NCBI GenBank assembly: GCA_050953065.1
Contig: JBMNLZ010000003.1
Coordinates: 224,001 to 288,000 of the forward strand
Direction of reading: 5' to 3'
DNA length: 64,000 nucleotides
DNA from: Bacilli bacterium
GTDB taxonomy: Bacteria > Bacillota_I > Bacilli_A > ML615J-28 > CAG-698
In this document: one piece after another, positions 30,332-41,243 of the stretch
Layout of the letters: every line of letters begins with the position of its first letter
How positions within the stretch are numbered: the stretch's first letter is position 1
Position numbers and translations under genes: made by a program
The notes under the pieces: generated by a model
Told to the model about the DNA's origin: nothing
What the model saw: the letters and a program-made list of their open reading frames with translations, nothing else
Databases searched by the model: none

Positions 30332-30364
30332 GTGTCTTCTCCTTCAAAGATTATTTTAAATATA

Positions 30365-30390
30365 AAAAACCTAATTGACTAATTAGGTTT
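30365..30390 (-). terminator. Leader terminator upstream of speD
   Basis: AAACCUAAUU-AGUC-AAUUAGGUUU followed by further Us, about 35 nt before the speD start. Confidence 0.8.
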
Positions 30391-30450
30391 AATAGGTTTC
30401 TTACATAATTCTAGTTATTGTTTGTGATAATACTAGCATATATCAAAAAC

Positions 30451-30568
30451 CTATTAAATTGCGGATTTTACCGACGGCTCCGGAATCTCACCAGAACTTA
30501 TTTAACATGGGCTCGTTGACATATGTCACATTACCACCGATGAAGTTATGGAATACTCCACCTAATAA
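30451..30568 (-). ncRNA. FMN-riboswitch-like variant RNA with altered ligand junction, leading the polyamine operon
   Basis: CGGUGGUA...CGA and UUCUGG-UGAGAUU-CCGGAG-CCG-U-CGG-UAAAAU-CCG reproduce RFN P3/P5/P6; P1 UUAUUAGG/UUUAAUAG; GGGGCA and GAUGRGA junctions are absent. Confidence 0.75.
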
Positions 30569-30575
30569 CAATGTT

Positions 30576-30604
30576 AGTTTATCATAATAGTGTTGTTGTG
30601 TCAA
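30576..30604 (-). promoter_or_regulatory. Sigma-A promoter of the speD leader
   Basis: TTGACA-17-TAAACT with extended -10 TG; predicted +1 near 30569, at the start of P1. Confidence 0.75.
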
Positions 30605-30617
30605 TTACTTTTATCTT

Positions 30618-32444
30618 TTATTTGCCTTTTATATAATACCTTTTAGGAGACGTTTTTTTATATTTAATCAAACAAGTATTCTTATCTCCAATTAAATCAC
30701 TACGCCCTGCTTTAATTAAAGCCTCTTTTACTAATTCATAGTTTTGAGGTAAATGATACTGTAAAAGAGCTCTTTGCATTGCTTTTTCGTGTTTATCTTT
30801 TGCAACATAAACCTTATCTTTTAAGAATGGATCCATTTCTGTATAATACATACAAGTTGAAGCTGTCCCTGGGGTTGGATAAAAATCTTGAACTTGTTCA
30901 GGTCGATATTTATTTTCTTTTAAATAAAGTGCTAACTTTATAGCAGAAGAAATTGTTGAACCAGGATGAGATGATATTAAATAAGGAACAAGAAACTGTT
31001 TCTTATCATATTTTTCATTTAATCTTTTAAATTCTTCTACAAAGCTATCATATAGTTTTTTAGAAGGTTTTCCCATTCTTACTAAAACATCATCATCTAT
31101 ATGTTCTGGTGCAACTTTTAGTTGCCCTGAAATATGATGCTTAACTAACTCTTCAAAAAACTCTTTATTCTTATCATACATTATATAATCATATCTTAAA
31201 CCACTTCTAATAAAGACTTTTTTAACATTATCAAGCCCTCTTAGAGTTTTTAAAATCTCTAAATATTCTTTATGACTTACTTCCAGTCTTTCACAAGGAT
31301 TAAAACCAATACACTCTTTATTAACGCAAGCTCCATGTTCTTCTTGTTTACTACAAGCTTTATTATAAAAATTAGCAGTAGGTCCTCCAACATCATGAAT
31401 ATAACCTTTAAAATCAGACATCGCAGTAATCAACAAAGCTTCATTTACAATAGAGTCTTTACTTCTTGATTGAATGATTCTGCCTTGATGCATTGTTAAT
31501 GCACAAAAATTACAGCCTCCAAAACACCCTCTATTAGCAACAATTGAAAACTTAACTTCATCAATCGCTGGAACATGTCCTTTTTTTTCAATTAAAGGAT
31601 GAGTTTTTCTCATGTAAGGCAATTCATAAACTGCATCTAATTCTTTCCTCGACAAAGGAAATTCAGGTGGATTTTGAACTACATATTCTTTATCATAAAC
31701 TTCAACTAAGGCTTTTCCACTAAATGCATCAGTATTATTATATTGCATAATGAAACTATTTAAATAATCTTCTTTATTATTTACTATTTCTTTATAGGTA
31801 GGTAACTTTAAATACTCATATGCTACCATATCTAAAGACCTAGTTTTATAAACTGTATTTCTGATATATATTATATCTTTAATATCCATCCCGCTATTTA
31901 GCGCATCTGCTATTTCAACAATAGGTTTTTCTCCCATCCCATAAACCACTATATCAGCTTTAGAATCTATTACTATTGATTTTAAAACTTTATTATCCCA
32001 ATAATCATAATGAGCAAGTCTTCTTAGTGATGCTTCAATTCCACCTAATATAATAGGAGTATCTGGATAAAGTTCTTTAATAATTCTAGAATAAACTATA
32101 ACTGCTCTATCAGGCCTTTTTCCCATTTCACCATTTGGGGTATAATAGTCCTTCGTTCTTCTTCTTTTAGCTACTGTATAATGATTAACCATTGAATCAA
32201 TATTCCCGCTACTTACTAAAAACCCTAAACGAGGTTTCCCAAATTCTTTAAATTCTTCTTTTGTTTTAATATCTGGTTGAGAAATAATACAACACTTATA
32301 ACCAAAATTTTCAAGAACTCTAGTAATAATTGCACAACCAAAACTTGGATGGTCAATATAAGCATCCCCAGTAACAAATATAAAATCAGGTTCTTCTATA
32401 CCTTGATTAAGCATTTCTTTTCTTGTAAGTGGTAAAAAAGGCAT
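30618..32444 (-). CDS. ygiQ: YgiQ-family radical SAM protein
   Basis: GDAYIDHPSFG, RGCFGGCNFC and QVQDFYPTP motifs. Confidence 0.92.
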   Translation of the reverse strand: MPFLPLTRKEMLNQGIEEPDFIFVTGDAYIDHPSFGCAIITRVLENFGYKCCIISQPDIKTKEEFKEFGKPRLGFLVSSGNIDSMVNHYTVAKRRRTKDYYTPNGEMGKRPDRAVIVYSRIIKELYPDTPIILGGIEASLRRLAHYDYWDNKVLKSIVIDSKADIVVYGMGEKPIVEIADALNSGMDIKDIIYIRNTVYKTRSLDMVAYEYLKLPTYKEIVNNKEDYLNSFIMQYNNTDAFSGKALVEVYDKEYVVQNPPEFPLSRKELDAVYELPYMRKTHPLIEKKGHVPAIDEVKFSIVANRGCFGGCNFCALTMHQGRIIQSRSKDSIVNEALLITAMSDFKGYIHDVGGPTANFYNKACSKQEEHGACVNKECIGFNPCERLEVSHKEYLEILKTLRGLDNVKKVFIRSGLRYDYIMYDKNKEFFEELVKHHISGQLKVAPEHIDDDVLVRMGKPSKKLYDSFVEEFKRLNEKYDKKQFLVPYLISSHPGSTISSAIKLALYLKENKYRPEQVQDFYPTPGTASTCMYYTEMDPFLKDKVYVAKDKHEKAMQRALLQYHLPQNYELVKEALIKAGRSDLIGDKNTCLIKYKKTSPKRYYIKGK

Positions 32445-32561
32445 AAGTTTATCTCCTTTTAAAATATCTAGATATTATTATAACATAAATTATTTTTTAT
32501 GTTTTAAACTTTTTTTAAAAAACTATCTATATAAAAATAGATAGTTTTTTAAAAAGTGATA

Positions 32562-32948
32562 TTATTTCATCAACATTTTAATTAATTCTAAATCAGATGG
32601 TAACCAATTAAGAGAATCTAGATTTTCTTTTTTAAGCCACCTCATCTCTTGATGTTCTAATAAAACAATATCTTCTTCAAGTAAAATACAATCATATACA
32701 TACATTTTTAAAAGAAAATCATGATACTCATAATCAATTATTGTTATTAAAGAGTTAACCTTTATTTTTACATCTAACTCTTCTTTGATTTCTCTAATTA
32801 AAGCTTCTTCTTTAGTTTCACCATCTTCAACTTTTCCACCTGGAAATTCCCAATAACCTGGAAATTTTTTTGAAGTTGGTCTCCTAGTGCATAATATTAA
32901 ATTATTTTTTTTTATAACAGATGCTACTACTTCAACCGTTTCTTTCAT
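32562..32948 (-). CDS. NUDIX hydrolase (MutT/NudG-like)
   Basis: WEFPGGKVEDGET.EEALIREIKEEL Nudix box. Confidence 0.9.
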   Translation of the reverse strand: MKETVEVVASVIKKNNLILCTRRPTSKKFPGYWEFPGGKVEDGETKEEALIREIKEELDVKIKVNSLITIIDYEYHDFLLKMYVYDCILLEEDIVLLEHQEMRWLKKENLDSLNWLPSDLELIKMLMK

Positions 32949-33026
32949 TTTCTTTCCTTCACTTTTAATTTATCGTTTTATTATAAACGAATCTTACCGC
33001 TTTTTTATAAAATTGATAGCGTATTT

Positions 33027-33899
33027 TTACCTTTCTTTTCCGAAAAAGAACACTGCAAGAGTTCCAGGACCAGTATGCGCTCCTATGATTGGACCAATTT
33101 GATTATACATAATTTCTTTAATTTTATATTTTTCTTTAATTTTTTCACCAATATATTTAGCTTCATCTAATGCATCACTATGTGAAATAAAGATTGTTTG
33201 ACCTGTTGGGTTTTCAATCTTTTCTTCTACTAAATCAACCAATGCTTTTAAAGAAGCATTTCTTCCTCTAGCCTTTCTTATAGGGCTTAGTTTTCCTTCA
33301 TTAGTAGTATGTAAAATAGGTTTAACACCAAGAAGAGATCCTAAAAATGCTTTAGGGGCACTTAATCTTCCCCCTCTTTTTAGAGTTCCTAAATCATTAA
33401 CTGTAAAAATATGTGTAATTTTTAATTTCACATTTTCAACTATAGTTGCTATTTCATTAATACTTTTACCTTCTTCTTTTAATTTCCAAGCATACCAAAC
33501 AAGCATGCCTTGACCAGATGATGCACAAAGTGAGTCGATTGTTATTACATTACAATTAGGATATTTTGTTTTTAATTCTTCAACTGCAATTCTTGATGAA
33601 TTAAAAGTACCACTTAATTGTGAAGAAAAACCAATATATAAAACTTGTTTTCCTTCTTTTACAAACTCTTCAAAAAACTGAATAAAAGCATCTGGATTAA
33701 TTTGAGAAGTTGTTGCAACTTTCTTTTCTCTCATTAAATCATAAAACTTTGCAGTAGTTAAATTTCTCTCATCAGGATAATGACTGTAATTCTTTCCTCC
33801 AATTTCAACTGAAAGAGGTATTATTTCTATATTCATATCTTTTACAGCTTTTGCACTTAAATCACAACACGAATCTGTAGCTATTATCATTTTTTCCAT
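33027..33899 (-). CDS. DegV-family fatty-acid-binding protein (FakB-like)
   Basis: TDSCCDL, TSQ, SSQLSGT, L.RGGR and IGAHTGPG motifs. Confidence 0.92.
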   Translation of the reverse strand: MEKMIIATDSCCDLSAKAVKDMNIEIIPLSVEIGGKNYSHYPDERNLTTAKFYDLMREKKVATTSQINPDAFIQFFEEFVKEGKQVLYIGFSSQLSGTFNSSRIAVEELKTKYPNCNVITIDSLCASSGQGMLVWYAWKLKEEGKSINEIATIVENVKLKITHIFTVNDLGTLKRGGRLSAPKAFLGSLLGVKPILHTTNEGKLSPIRKARGRNASLKALVDLVEEKIENPTGQTIFISHSDALDEAKYIGEKIKEKYKIKEIMYNQIGPIIGAHTGPGTLAVFFFGKER

Positions 33900-34000
33900 A
33901 ATTTAATTAGTCTCCTTTTCCTTTAAGTTTAAATAATTCTATCATAATAAAAATCTCATGTCAAACAAATAAAAAATAATAAAAAAGGTGTTTTTTTATC

Positions 34001-34714
34001 TTAAAAAACACCTATAAAATATGCTTGATAAATAAAATAAATCGCTAAAACAAACATTAAGATTGCCATTAAAACTTTTAGAATGATTGATATAACTCTA
34101 AATTTTTCAGATGTTGAGATATCTCTTATTGTTTGAATGCTTAGTCCAGCAATAATAATACATAAACTATAGCCTAAAGAATAAAATAAAAGCAATAACC
34201 CACCAAGTAAAACTCCAGCACCAGTTGCACTAACATAAGCAAGCATCGCAGTTAAAACTGGAGTTGCACAAGGTGTTGAAAACAAAGCACCAACCATTCC
34301 AATAATTAAAGCACCTAAAATTCCTTTTTTACTAACCTGTGGCATTGGCTTTTGAAGTTTTGCTAAAAAATTAGTTAAGCCAATTATTTCAAAAGCCATA
34401 AAAAGCATTAAGAATGCAAGAATTGTATACCAGACTTGACCAAAGCCATTTATACTCATTGCAGTTCCAATTAAAGCTGCTAAAACTCCCAAAACTACAA
34501 AAACAATGGTTTGACCTATTGCTAAAAATAAAGAATACAATAAAGCTTTTCTTCTAGTAGTACCAGCCCCACCTACATAAGCAATAATTAAAGGAACCGA
34601 ACTTAGTGAGCATGGAGTAAAGAAAGTAATCACTCCAGCCACAAATGCTATTAAAAACCCTAGCCAAAGATTAGAAGCGATGATTTCACTTAAATTTTGT
34701 AAAAAAGCATCCAT
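34001..34714 (-). CDS. ccdA: CcdA/DsbD-type thiol-disulfide membrane transporter
   Basis: FTPCSL and STPCATP motifs in a multi-TM protein. Confidence 0.85.
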   Translation of the reverse strand: MDAFLQNLSEIIASNLWLGFLIAFVAGVITFFTPCSLSSVPLIIAYVGGAGTTRRKALLYSLFLAIGQTIVFVVLGVLAALIGTAMSINGFGQVWYTILAFLMLFMAFEIIGLTNFLAKLQKPMPQVSKKGILGALIIGMVGALFSTPCATPVLTAMLAYVSATGAGVLLGGLLLLFYSLGYSLCIIIAGLSIQTIRDISTSEKFRVISIILKVLMAILMFVLAIYFIYQAYFIGVF

Positions 34715-34718
34715 ATAA

Positions 34719-35108
34719 CTATCTCCATCCTAATGTAGTAAAACGATTCTTAATCGTACTGTATTCTTGATAACCTACCATTCGATATAACTCAGTACCA
34801 TCTCTATCTAAAAAAATCAAAGTAGGAACTGTCGTAGCATTATACTCAGCTGCCTTTTGAGCACCCGCTTGAGTATTCCACGAATCATATACTACTACAT
34901 TTACTCTTCCTTTATATTCCTCTTTTAAAGTATCAATTGTAGGTTTAAGTTTTTGACAAGGTTCACAACTAACAGAACCAATTTCCATTAAAGTTGGTAA
35001 ATTAGGATTCATATCTGTTTCATTTTTATTGCCTAAAATAATGCCTAAAGCTATTGCTCCCATAAATAAACAAACGATTACTAATGCTATAATTGTATTT
35101 TTTTTCAT
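34719..35108 (-). CDS. Membrane-anchored thioredoxin-family protein
   Basis: N-terminal TM segment, CEPC, VPTLIF. Confidence 0.85.
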   Translation of the reverse strand: MKKNTIIALVIVCLFMGAIALGIILGNKNETDMNPNLPTLMEIGSVSCEPCQKLKPTIDTLKEEYKGRVNVVVYDSWNTQAGAQKAAEYNATTVPTLIFLDRDGTELYRMVGYQEYSTIKNRFTTLGWR

Positions 35109-35195
35109 AGAATACCTCGCTATTTTTAAAATAAGTCTAACTTTAAATTATTCTATCATACTTAAAAAATTAAAGGGTGGTTTTTACCCCCTTAA

Positions 35196-35443
35196 TTAGA
35201 TTGCTTTAACTAAAATTATATCTTTATCTAAAGCACCTCGTTCACTTTTTTTACTAATTCGTTTTGTTTGATATTCAGCAACTATAACGTTTTTATATTC
35301 TAAAATCACATGAATAACCTCATCAACATCAACTAATTCTTCTAAATACTCATTATCTTCTAAAACTCTAACAATACCTTTTTTCCATCTTTTTTAATAA
35401 TATTCGGAATATTATCTCTAACTAATTTATTATAAATCATCAT
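35196..35443 (-). pseudogene. Decayed MazG-like/PRA-PH nucleoside triphosphate pyrophosphohydrolase
   Basis: Not in the ORF track: MMIYNKLVRDNIPNII, then LEELVDVDEVI and KKSERGALDK fragments in shifted frames. Confidence 0.7.
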
Positions 35444-35523
35444 TTTTCCACCTCTTACTAACAATAATTATAGCATAGAGTAAATAAAATAAGAAACTTA
35501 AAAGTTTCTTATTTTTAGTTATT

Positions 35524-36027
35524 TTATCTTTTTTTCCTCTTACTTCTATTATCATGGAACATCTTATCTAACATTAAAACTAATGCTACATAAAACTCTG
35601 CCATTTCTTCATCAAAAATTGCAATTTCATATGTGTCTCCGAATGAAATAACTTTCTTTCTAACCGCAACAACTTGCTCTTCACCTTTAAATATTTCAAA
35701 AGTATAAGCATAGATGTCTCCTCTAATTTTAAAGTCTCCATAGATTGATTCAATCGTCATTTTTTGAGTTAAAATTGAAATTCTTTTTTTGATTTTAGCA
35801 ATTCGTTTACCACTTGGATCTTTTAAATAGTAAACTGGCAAAATTCTAAATATCTTTTTATTTAATGTATATATATGTCTATTAGTAGCCGTTTCGATTA
35901 TCTTAGTTTTTCCTGATAATGAAAACAGTTTACTAATCATATTGTAAAGCACTTCTTTATTCTCATTATAAACTTTATATTTGTCTTTAATTTGAAAAAC
36001 ACCTTGTTTTAAAAAATATCGTTTCAT
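35524..36027 (-). CDS. LURP-one/scramblase (Tubby C-terminal-like) protein
   Basis: YFLKQ...I.D.Y and GDTYEI pattern of the YxjI-like family. Confidence 0.8.
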   Translation of the reverse strand: MKRYFLKQGVFQIKDKYKVYNENKEVLYNMISKLFSLSGKTKIIETATNRHIYTLNKKIFRILPVYYLKDPSGKRIAKIKKRISILTQKMTIESIYGDFKIRGDIYAYTFEIFKGEEQVVAVRKKVISFGDTYEIAIFDEEMAEFYVALVLMLDKMFHDNRSKRKKR

Positions 36028-36052
36028 TTTTAAGTCTTCCCTTTCAATTTAG

Positions 36053-36697
36053 TTAATAATATCTAAATACTCTACCTCTATCATCAAATTCGTAAATAAT
36101 TAATAAAGAACCTCTTCCAACTGAAACAGAACTTTTTTTCCCTATAAACTCATTACTAATTCCTATAGGATATTTGTTAGTCAAAGTTTGATTTTCTATT
36201 TCATATTTTAGATTCTTAATACTTACCTTTTCAGCTTTTTCTGATAAAGAAAAAACTGAAATAAAGCCTCTATAATTATCACCAAAATCAATTTGGCTAT
36301 CCGTAATAACTGTAATAATTTCTGCATCTCCATACATAAAACCTTGCAGGCCTTCTTGTGAGAGCATATGTAGACATTGAATATTTGCGATAGTATGTGA
36401 AATTCTTCCTCCAATCCCGCCATATAAACAAAAGTTTTTATAGCCCTTTGATTTTCCTATATTAATAGCAGCTAACATATCTGTTTCATTTTTTTCTTGT
36501 TTTAAAACTACTACATTAGGATGTATTGGAATACCTCCGTAAGAATCAAAATCTCCTACAACTAAATCAATTCTTACTCCCATATTCATTAAATAATTAA
36601 AACCATTATCAACCGCAATAACATAGTCATCTGAGCCTGGATCAATCATATGATTGTAAAATTCACCAGCCCCAACTACATAACATATTTTTTCCAT
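36053..36697 (-). CDS. thiN: Thiamine diphosphokinase
   Basis: AVDNG, VGDFDS, EKNETD, GGR..H and GISNEF motifs. Confidence 0.9.
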   Translation of the reverse strand: MEKICYVVGAGEFYNHMIDPGSDDYVIAVDNGFNYLMNMGVRIDLVVGDFDSYGGIPIHPNVVVLKQEKNETDMLAAINIGKSKGYKNFCLYGGIGGRISHTIANIQCLHMLSQEGLQGFMYGDAEIITVITDSQIDFGDNYRGFISVFSLSEKAEKVSIKNLKYEIENQTLTNKYPIGISNEFIGKKSSVSVGRGSLLIIYEFDDRGRVFRYY

Positions 36698-36822
36698 ATA
36701 AGTCCCCCAACACATTTATTATAACACTATTTTTTATTTTTATCAATACAGATTGGATTCTTAAAAAACGATTTTTTTATTTAAAAAAACCACTATTTAA
36801 ATTAATAGTGGTTTCATTTTTT

Positions 36823-39800
36823 TTAAATATCTTGACCTATTTTTAAAACTTTATTTATAAAAATATCAACTACTGCTGGATCAAAATGAATTCCTGCTTT
36901 TTTCTTTAATTCTAAAATTGCTACTTGTTTACTCTTAATAACATTATATGCTCTTAAATTAGTCATCGAATCATATGCATCAGCAACCGCAACAATTCTT
37001 CCGTTAAGTGAAATCTCTTTTCCTTTAATTTTTCTAGGATAACCAGTTCCATCCCATTTCTCATGATGCTCTAAAACTCCAAGTGCAAGACTTGCAAACT
37101 CATTAATTGAAGATAAAATTTTATAGCCTGTTTCTGGATGTTTTTTCACAATAGCCCATTCATCATTTGTAAGAGTTGAAGCTTTATTTAGAATAACATC
37201 TGGAATAATAATCTTTCCTATATCATGCATTAATCCAGTCGTTTTTAATTCATTAATCGCACTATTATCAAGTTCCATTGCTTTTCCGATTTGTTCACAT
37301 AATTTAGAAACTCTTTTTGAATGCATTTCTTCTGTTTGGCTTTTTTCATATAGCGTTCTCATAATGATTTCTAAAGTATTATATCTCATACTTTGACTTT
37401 CTGAAAGTTTATGTTTATACATTTTACTTTCAGCTTTTTTAAAAACATCTCTAATACTTTCATCTTTTAATGTCTTAGTTTCATAGCCATAAGAAATTGA
37501 TAAATTAATTGATGATATTTTTTCTTGAGAAATTTTAGCGGCTATTTTAGTAATTATATCTTTAGCTTGTTTAGCATTTGTATTAGGCAAAAGTAAAGCA
37601 AATTCATCGCCACCAATTCTTGCAATCAAATCATTTTTTCTATAACTTTCTTTTAATATATTAGCGATTTTTTGGAGCATGGTATCTCCGACTAAATGTC
37701 CAAAAGCATCATTGATTAATTTTAAACCATTAACATCAATCATAATAATACTTAATGGAAGATTAGCTTCGTTATCATATACTCTTAATTGTTCTTCAAA
37801 ATATCTTCTATTATTTAAAGTAGTTAAGTGATCATTATAACTTAAATAAAGAATTCTTTCTTCTTTCTTTTTCTTTTCAGTAATATCTCTAAATACTAAA
37901 ACAATTCCTAAAACATCCTCTTTTTTATCTAGTATAGGTGTTGCTACAATTTCAATTGGAATAAATTCATTTTTTCTGTTTTTAAGTCTAACATCATCCA
38001 TTGGCCCAAGTGGTTTTTTTTGTTCAAAAACTATTGGAAAACCAATATCGCAAAGTCTATTATTATTTACATCATATGCACTAAAAACATCCCTACAATT
38101 CTTTCCAACAGCTTCTTCTACACTATAACCAATTAAAGAAGATGCTATTTGATTCATTAAGGTAATAGTTCCATCTTTATCAGTTGTAATTACTGCATCA
38201 GCTACTGAAAACAAAGTGGTTCTAAATAATTCTTTTTCATGAAATAACTCTTCTAAGGCTTTTCTTTTAGTACTTACATCTCTAGTTGTTCCAATTAATC
38301 CTATTATTTCATCGTTTTCAACTAAGAATTTAACAGTATATTCAACCCATACAGTTGAACCATCTTTTCTAACAAGTTCAGCTTCAAAGGTTTGTTTTTC
38401 TCTTGTTTAATTTTCTCAGAATTAATTAAATTTTTCTTTAAAAGCTCATCAACTTTTTTAACAGATTCTTTAGTAAACTTCTTTTCTTTAGGAATCTTCA
38501 TATATTCATCAGCTGTATAACCAGTTAACTCATAAATTGAAGGATTTATGAAAGTAATTCCCGAGCGAGCATCTACAACCCAAACTACATCATTCATGTT
38601 ATCAGTAATTTGACGATATTTATATTCACTGTCACTTAATGCTTTTTCATAATAGTTCATATTAAATGCACCAATTAACATGCCACTAAACTCAGTAAAT
38701 ATTGCTTTTTCAGTTTCACTAAATTCTTGATAACTTTTAACGTATTCAAATCCTAGAATACCACGACATTCTCCTTTATACATCATCGGCAAAGAAATTA
38801 AACTTTTTATATTTCTATTTATTAAAAAGTTTTTAAGTTTAGAATCTTTTAAAATGTTAGTATTTGGAATATACAAGATTTCATTTTTATCATAAAAGTT
38901 GTCCCACAACTTTATAATATCATCATCAATTGTTTGAAAAATTTCAATTTCTGAAGTTATTCCTTCTTCTACCCATTCATAAGTGTTTTTAGGTTTTCCA
39001 CCATCTTCACAAAAATACTCAACAATATACGCTCTATCAGCTTTTATGTGTTTACCTAATTTTTTTAAACTATAATTAATTGTTTTATCGATTTCTGATT
39101 TTTTTGATAACATTAAATCCATTGATAAATCAAAAACAATATTTCTTAATTTTTTTTCGTTTTCTCTTTCTTCCTTATCCATTTTAATTTTTAATTCTTT
39201 TTCTTTTAAATCATTAATGTCTTTGATTATTACAACATATTTTTTTGTTTTTGAAATATATTCAATATCTATTTGGTACCATCTTGAAACAGAAGCAACT
39301 TTTAAATCATATTCTATCGTTACTAATTTAGCAGTATTTTTAGCTTTTTTAAGAGATTCCACAAAATGATTAGTTACTTCAGGAATATATAGTTCAGTTG
39401 CTTTTCTACCAATTGAACGCCTAAGTATTTTAATTAATTTACTATCTCCATTTCCTCTTGCTTTTGCTAAAGAAAAATCTTCATTAAATTCTAAAATAAT
39501 ATCATTTAAAGGACCTAACATTTTGTTTTGGCCCTTAATTAATTCAATTTCTTTTGTTTTATCTATGAATTCAAAAAATAATGCTTCTTCACTTGCTTCA
39601 AAAGAATTAATAAAAAAATATTTATTATTATAATAATAATATTTTTCAGTTTCTATTTCTTCAAACCCAAAAATATCACTACAATTTTTATGGATAACCT
39701 CTTCTTTTTTTAATAAAAAATATTCTTCAAAGGCATTATTTACATCCAGCACTATTAATTTATTATTTTGTTTTTCTAATAATAAATATGGAATTTTAAT

Positions 39801-39836
39801 ATTTTTATATAAGCTTTCATAAAGTTGACTATTCAT
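36823..39836 (-). pseudogene. PAS/GAF-GGDEF-HD-GYP c-di-GMP enzyme split by one frameshift near 38385-38407
   Basis: The 5' ORF (PAS, GAF, start of PAS) continues in the -1 frame as KQTFEAELVRKDGSTVWVE...RDVS into the 3' ORF, which has RKND-x5-GGDEF, HDIGK and HHEKWDGTGYP. Confidence 0.85.
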
Positions 39837-39947
39837 AATGCCTCCTAACATCCATCATATTATATCACATTTTATAATTTTACAATAAATAAAAAAAGAA
39901 TTGACTCAAATTAATTAGTCAATTCCTTTTTTAAAAAAATATTAAAA

Positions 39948-41243
39948 TTAATTACCTTGATACCAACTTTCATCTTTATACCAAAGAATACTATCTTCAT
40001 CACAGAAATACCCTTCATACCAAGATGAAGCATCATAGTTTTCATCTTCATTAACAAACCTATTTCCATAAAACTCATATGAAAAATCTTGAATATTAAA
40101 AGAATATTTATATAAGTAATTCATCTCTTCATCATTATAAAAAGGATCAATAAAAAGTTCAACTCCACTATAAACACTAATAGCTGTAGAATCATCAGGT
40201 GCAGGTTCAGTTGTATAGTCTTTATCACCTGAAGATGGCATGATATTCCCTGCTGCATCACCACTTGCTTCCTCTAAAAAATCATATCTATAATCATAAA
40301 GATTTTCAATCTCATAACCTACCTTAAACTTTTGAATACCTTCAACATCAATCTTACTAATATTAAATGTTTTTAAATATGTATCTTGTGAAATCTTTAA
40401 AACCAATTCTAAATTATCAGAACCTTTTAAATCTAGGATGCTTTTATGGATTAAATTTGAATCCTTATATAATTCATAACTTAATTTTTGAATATCACCA
40501 TCTAGGTAACTCATTAGTTTTACATAATTTTGATTTGAAGCAGTCTCTGCAAAAACTAACATTTGGAATTGATTAGTTATTAAATTTTGAATTGAATTAA
40601 TTCTAAACTCTACACTTCCAATTTCTAAAGAACCATTCATGATAATTTTATTTTTTTGACTATAATCATTTGTATAATAAATTGTATAACTAACTTCATT
40701 TCCTAAAAGATCAGTAGCTGAAAAGATAATCTTTTCTTGATATTCAGGCCTTTCTGATTCTAAAAGTTGATAATTCATATCATCTTTAGAGCCAATAATG
40801 ATTTCAAAAATATTTAAGTAACTATTTAAAAACTTTAAATCTTTTTTTTCTAATGAAACAGTACTACTACTTGTTGCACTCATTGGCCCCAAATTGCTTT
40901 CATCTAATGAAAGTTTTAAAAGAAAACTTGATGAAATACTTGTAAAACTGTATAATTCTTCTCTATGAGATAAAGGAGATGCACTCATACTAGTAGCATC
41001 AAGTGCTGCATATTTTCCTTTACCAACTCTATCAACTGATATAATTGCAACTATTGCTAAAACAGCAATAAAAATAAAAGAAAGTCTTGGAAGTAATTTA
41101 AGAAAGGCATTAGGTTTAAAAAGAGCAGTCTCTTCTATTGGTGCCTCAAATACAATCGTCTTAAGATCTATTTTATCAGTAATATTAGGAATAGAAGATT
41201 TCATTCCCTCATTAATGATTTTTTTAATTTCCTGTTTTTTCAT
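39948..41243 (-). CDS. Putative anti-sigma factor (single-TM protein)
   Basis: Overlaps the ECF sigma stop; short cytoplasmic N-terminus, one TM segment, large external domain. Confidence 0.6.
   Translation of the reverse strand: MKKQEIKKIINEGMKSSIPNITDKIDLKTIVFEAPIEETALFKPNAFLKLLPRLSFIFIAVLAIVAIISVDRVGKGKYAALDATSMSASPLSHREELYSFTSISSSFLLKLSLDESNLGPMSATSSSTVSLEKKDLKFLNSYLNIFEIIIGSKDDMNYQLLESERPEYQEKIIFSATDLLGNEVSYTIYYTNDYSQKNKIIMNGSLEIGSVEFRINSIQNLITNQFQMLVFAETASNQNYVKLMSYLDGDIQKLSYELYKDSNLIHKSILDLKGSDNLELVLKISQDTYLKTFNISKIDVEGIQKFKVGYEIENLYDYRYDFLEEASGDAAGNIMPSSGDKDYTTEPAPDDSTAISVYSGVELFIDPFYNDEEMNYLYKYSFNIQDFSYEFYGNRFVNEDENYDASSWYEGYFCDEDSILWYKDESWYQGN

Noticed and set aside
30451-30568. 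Canonical FMN riboswitch, or the SAM-I-variant spermidine riboswitch
   Set aside because: FMN-contacting junctions are missing and no rib genes follow; SAM-I hallmarks (AUC in J1/2, kink-turn P2, GCAAC) are not visible
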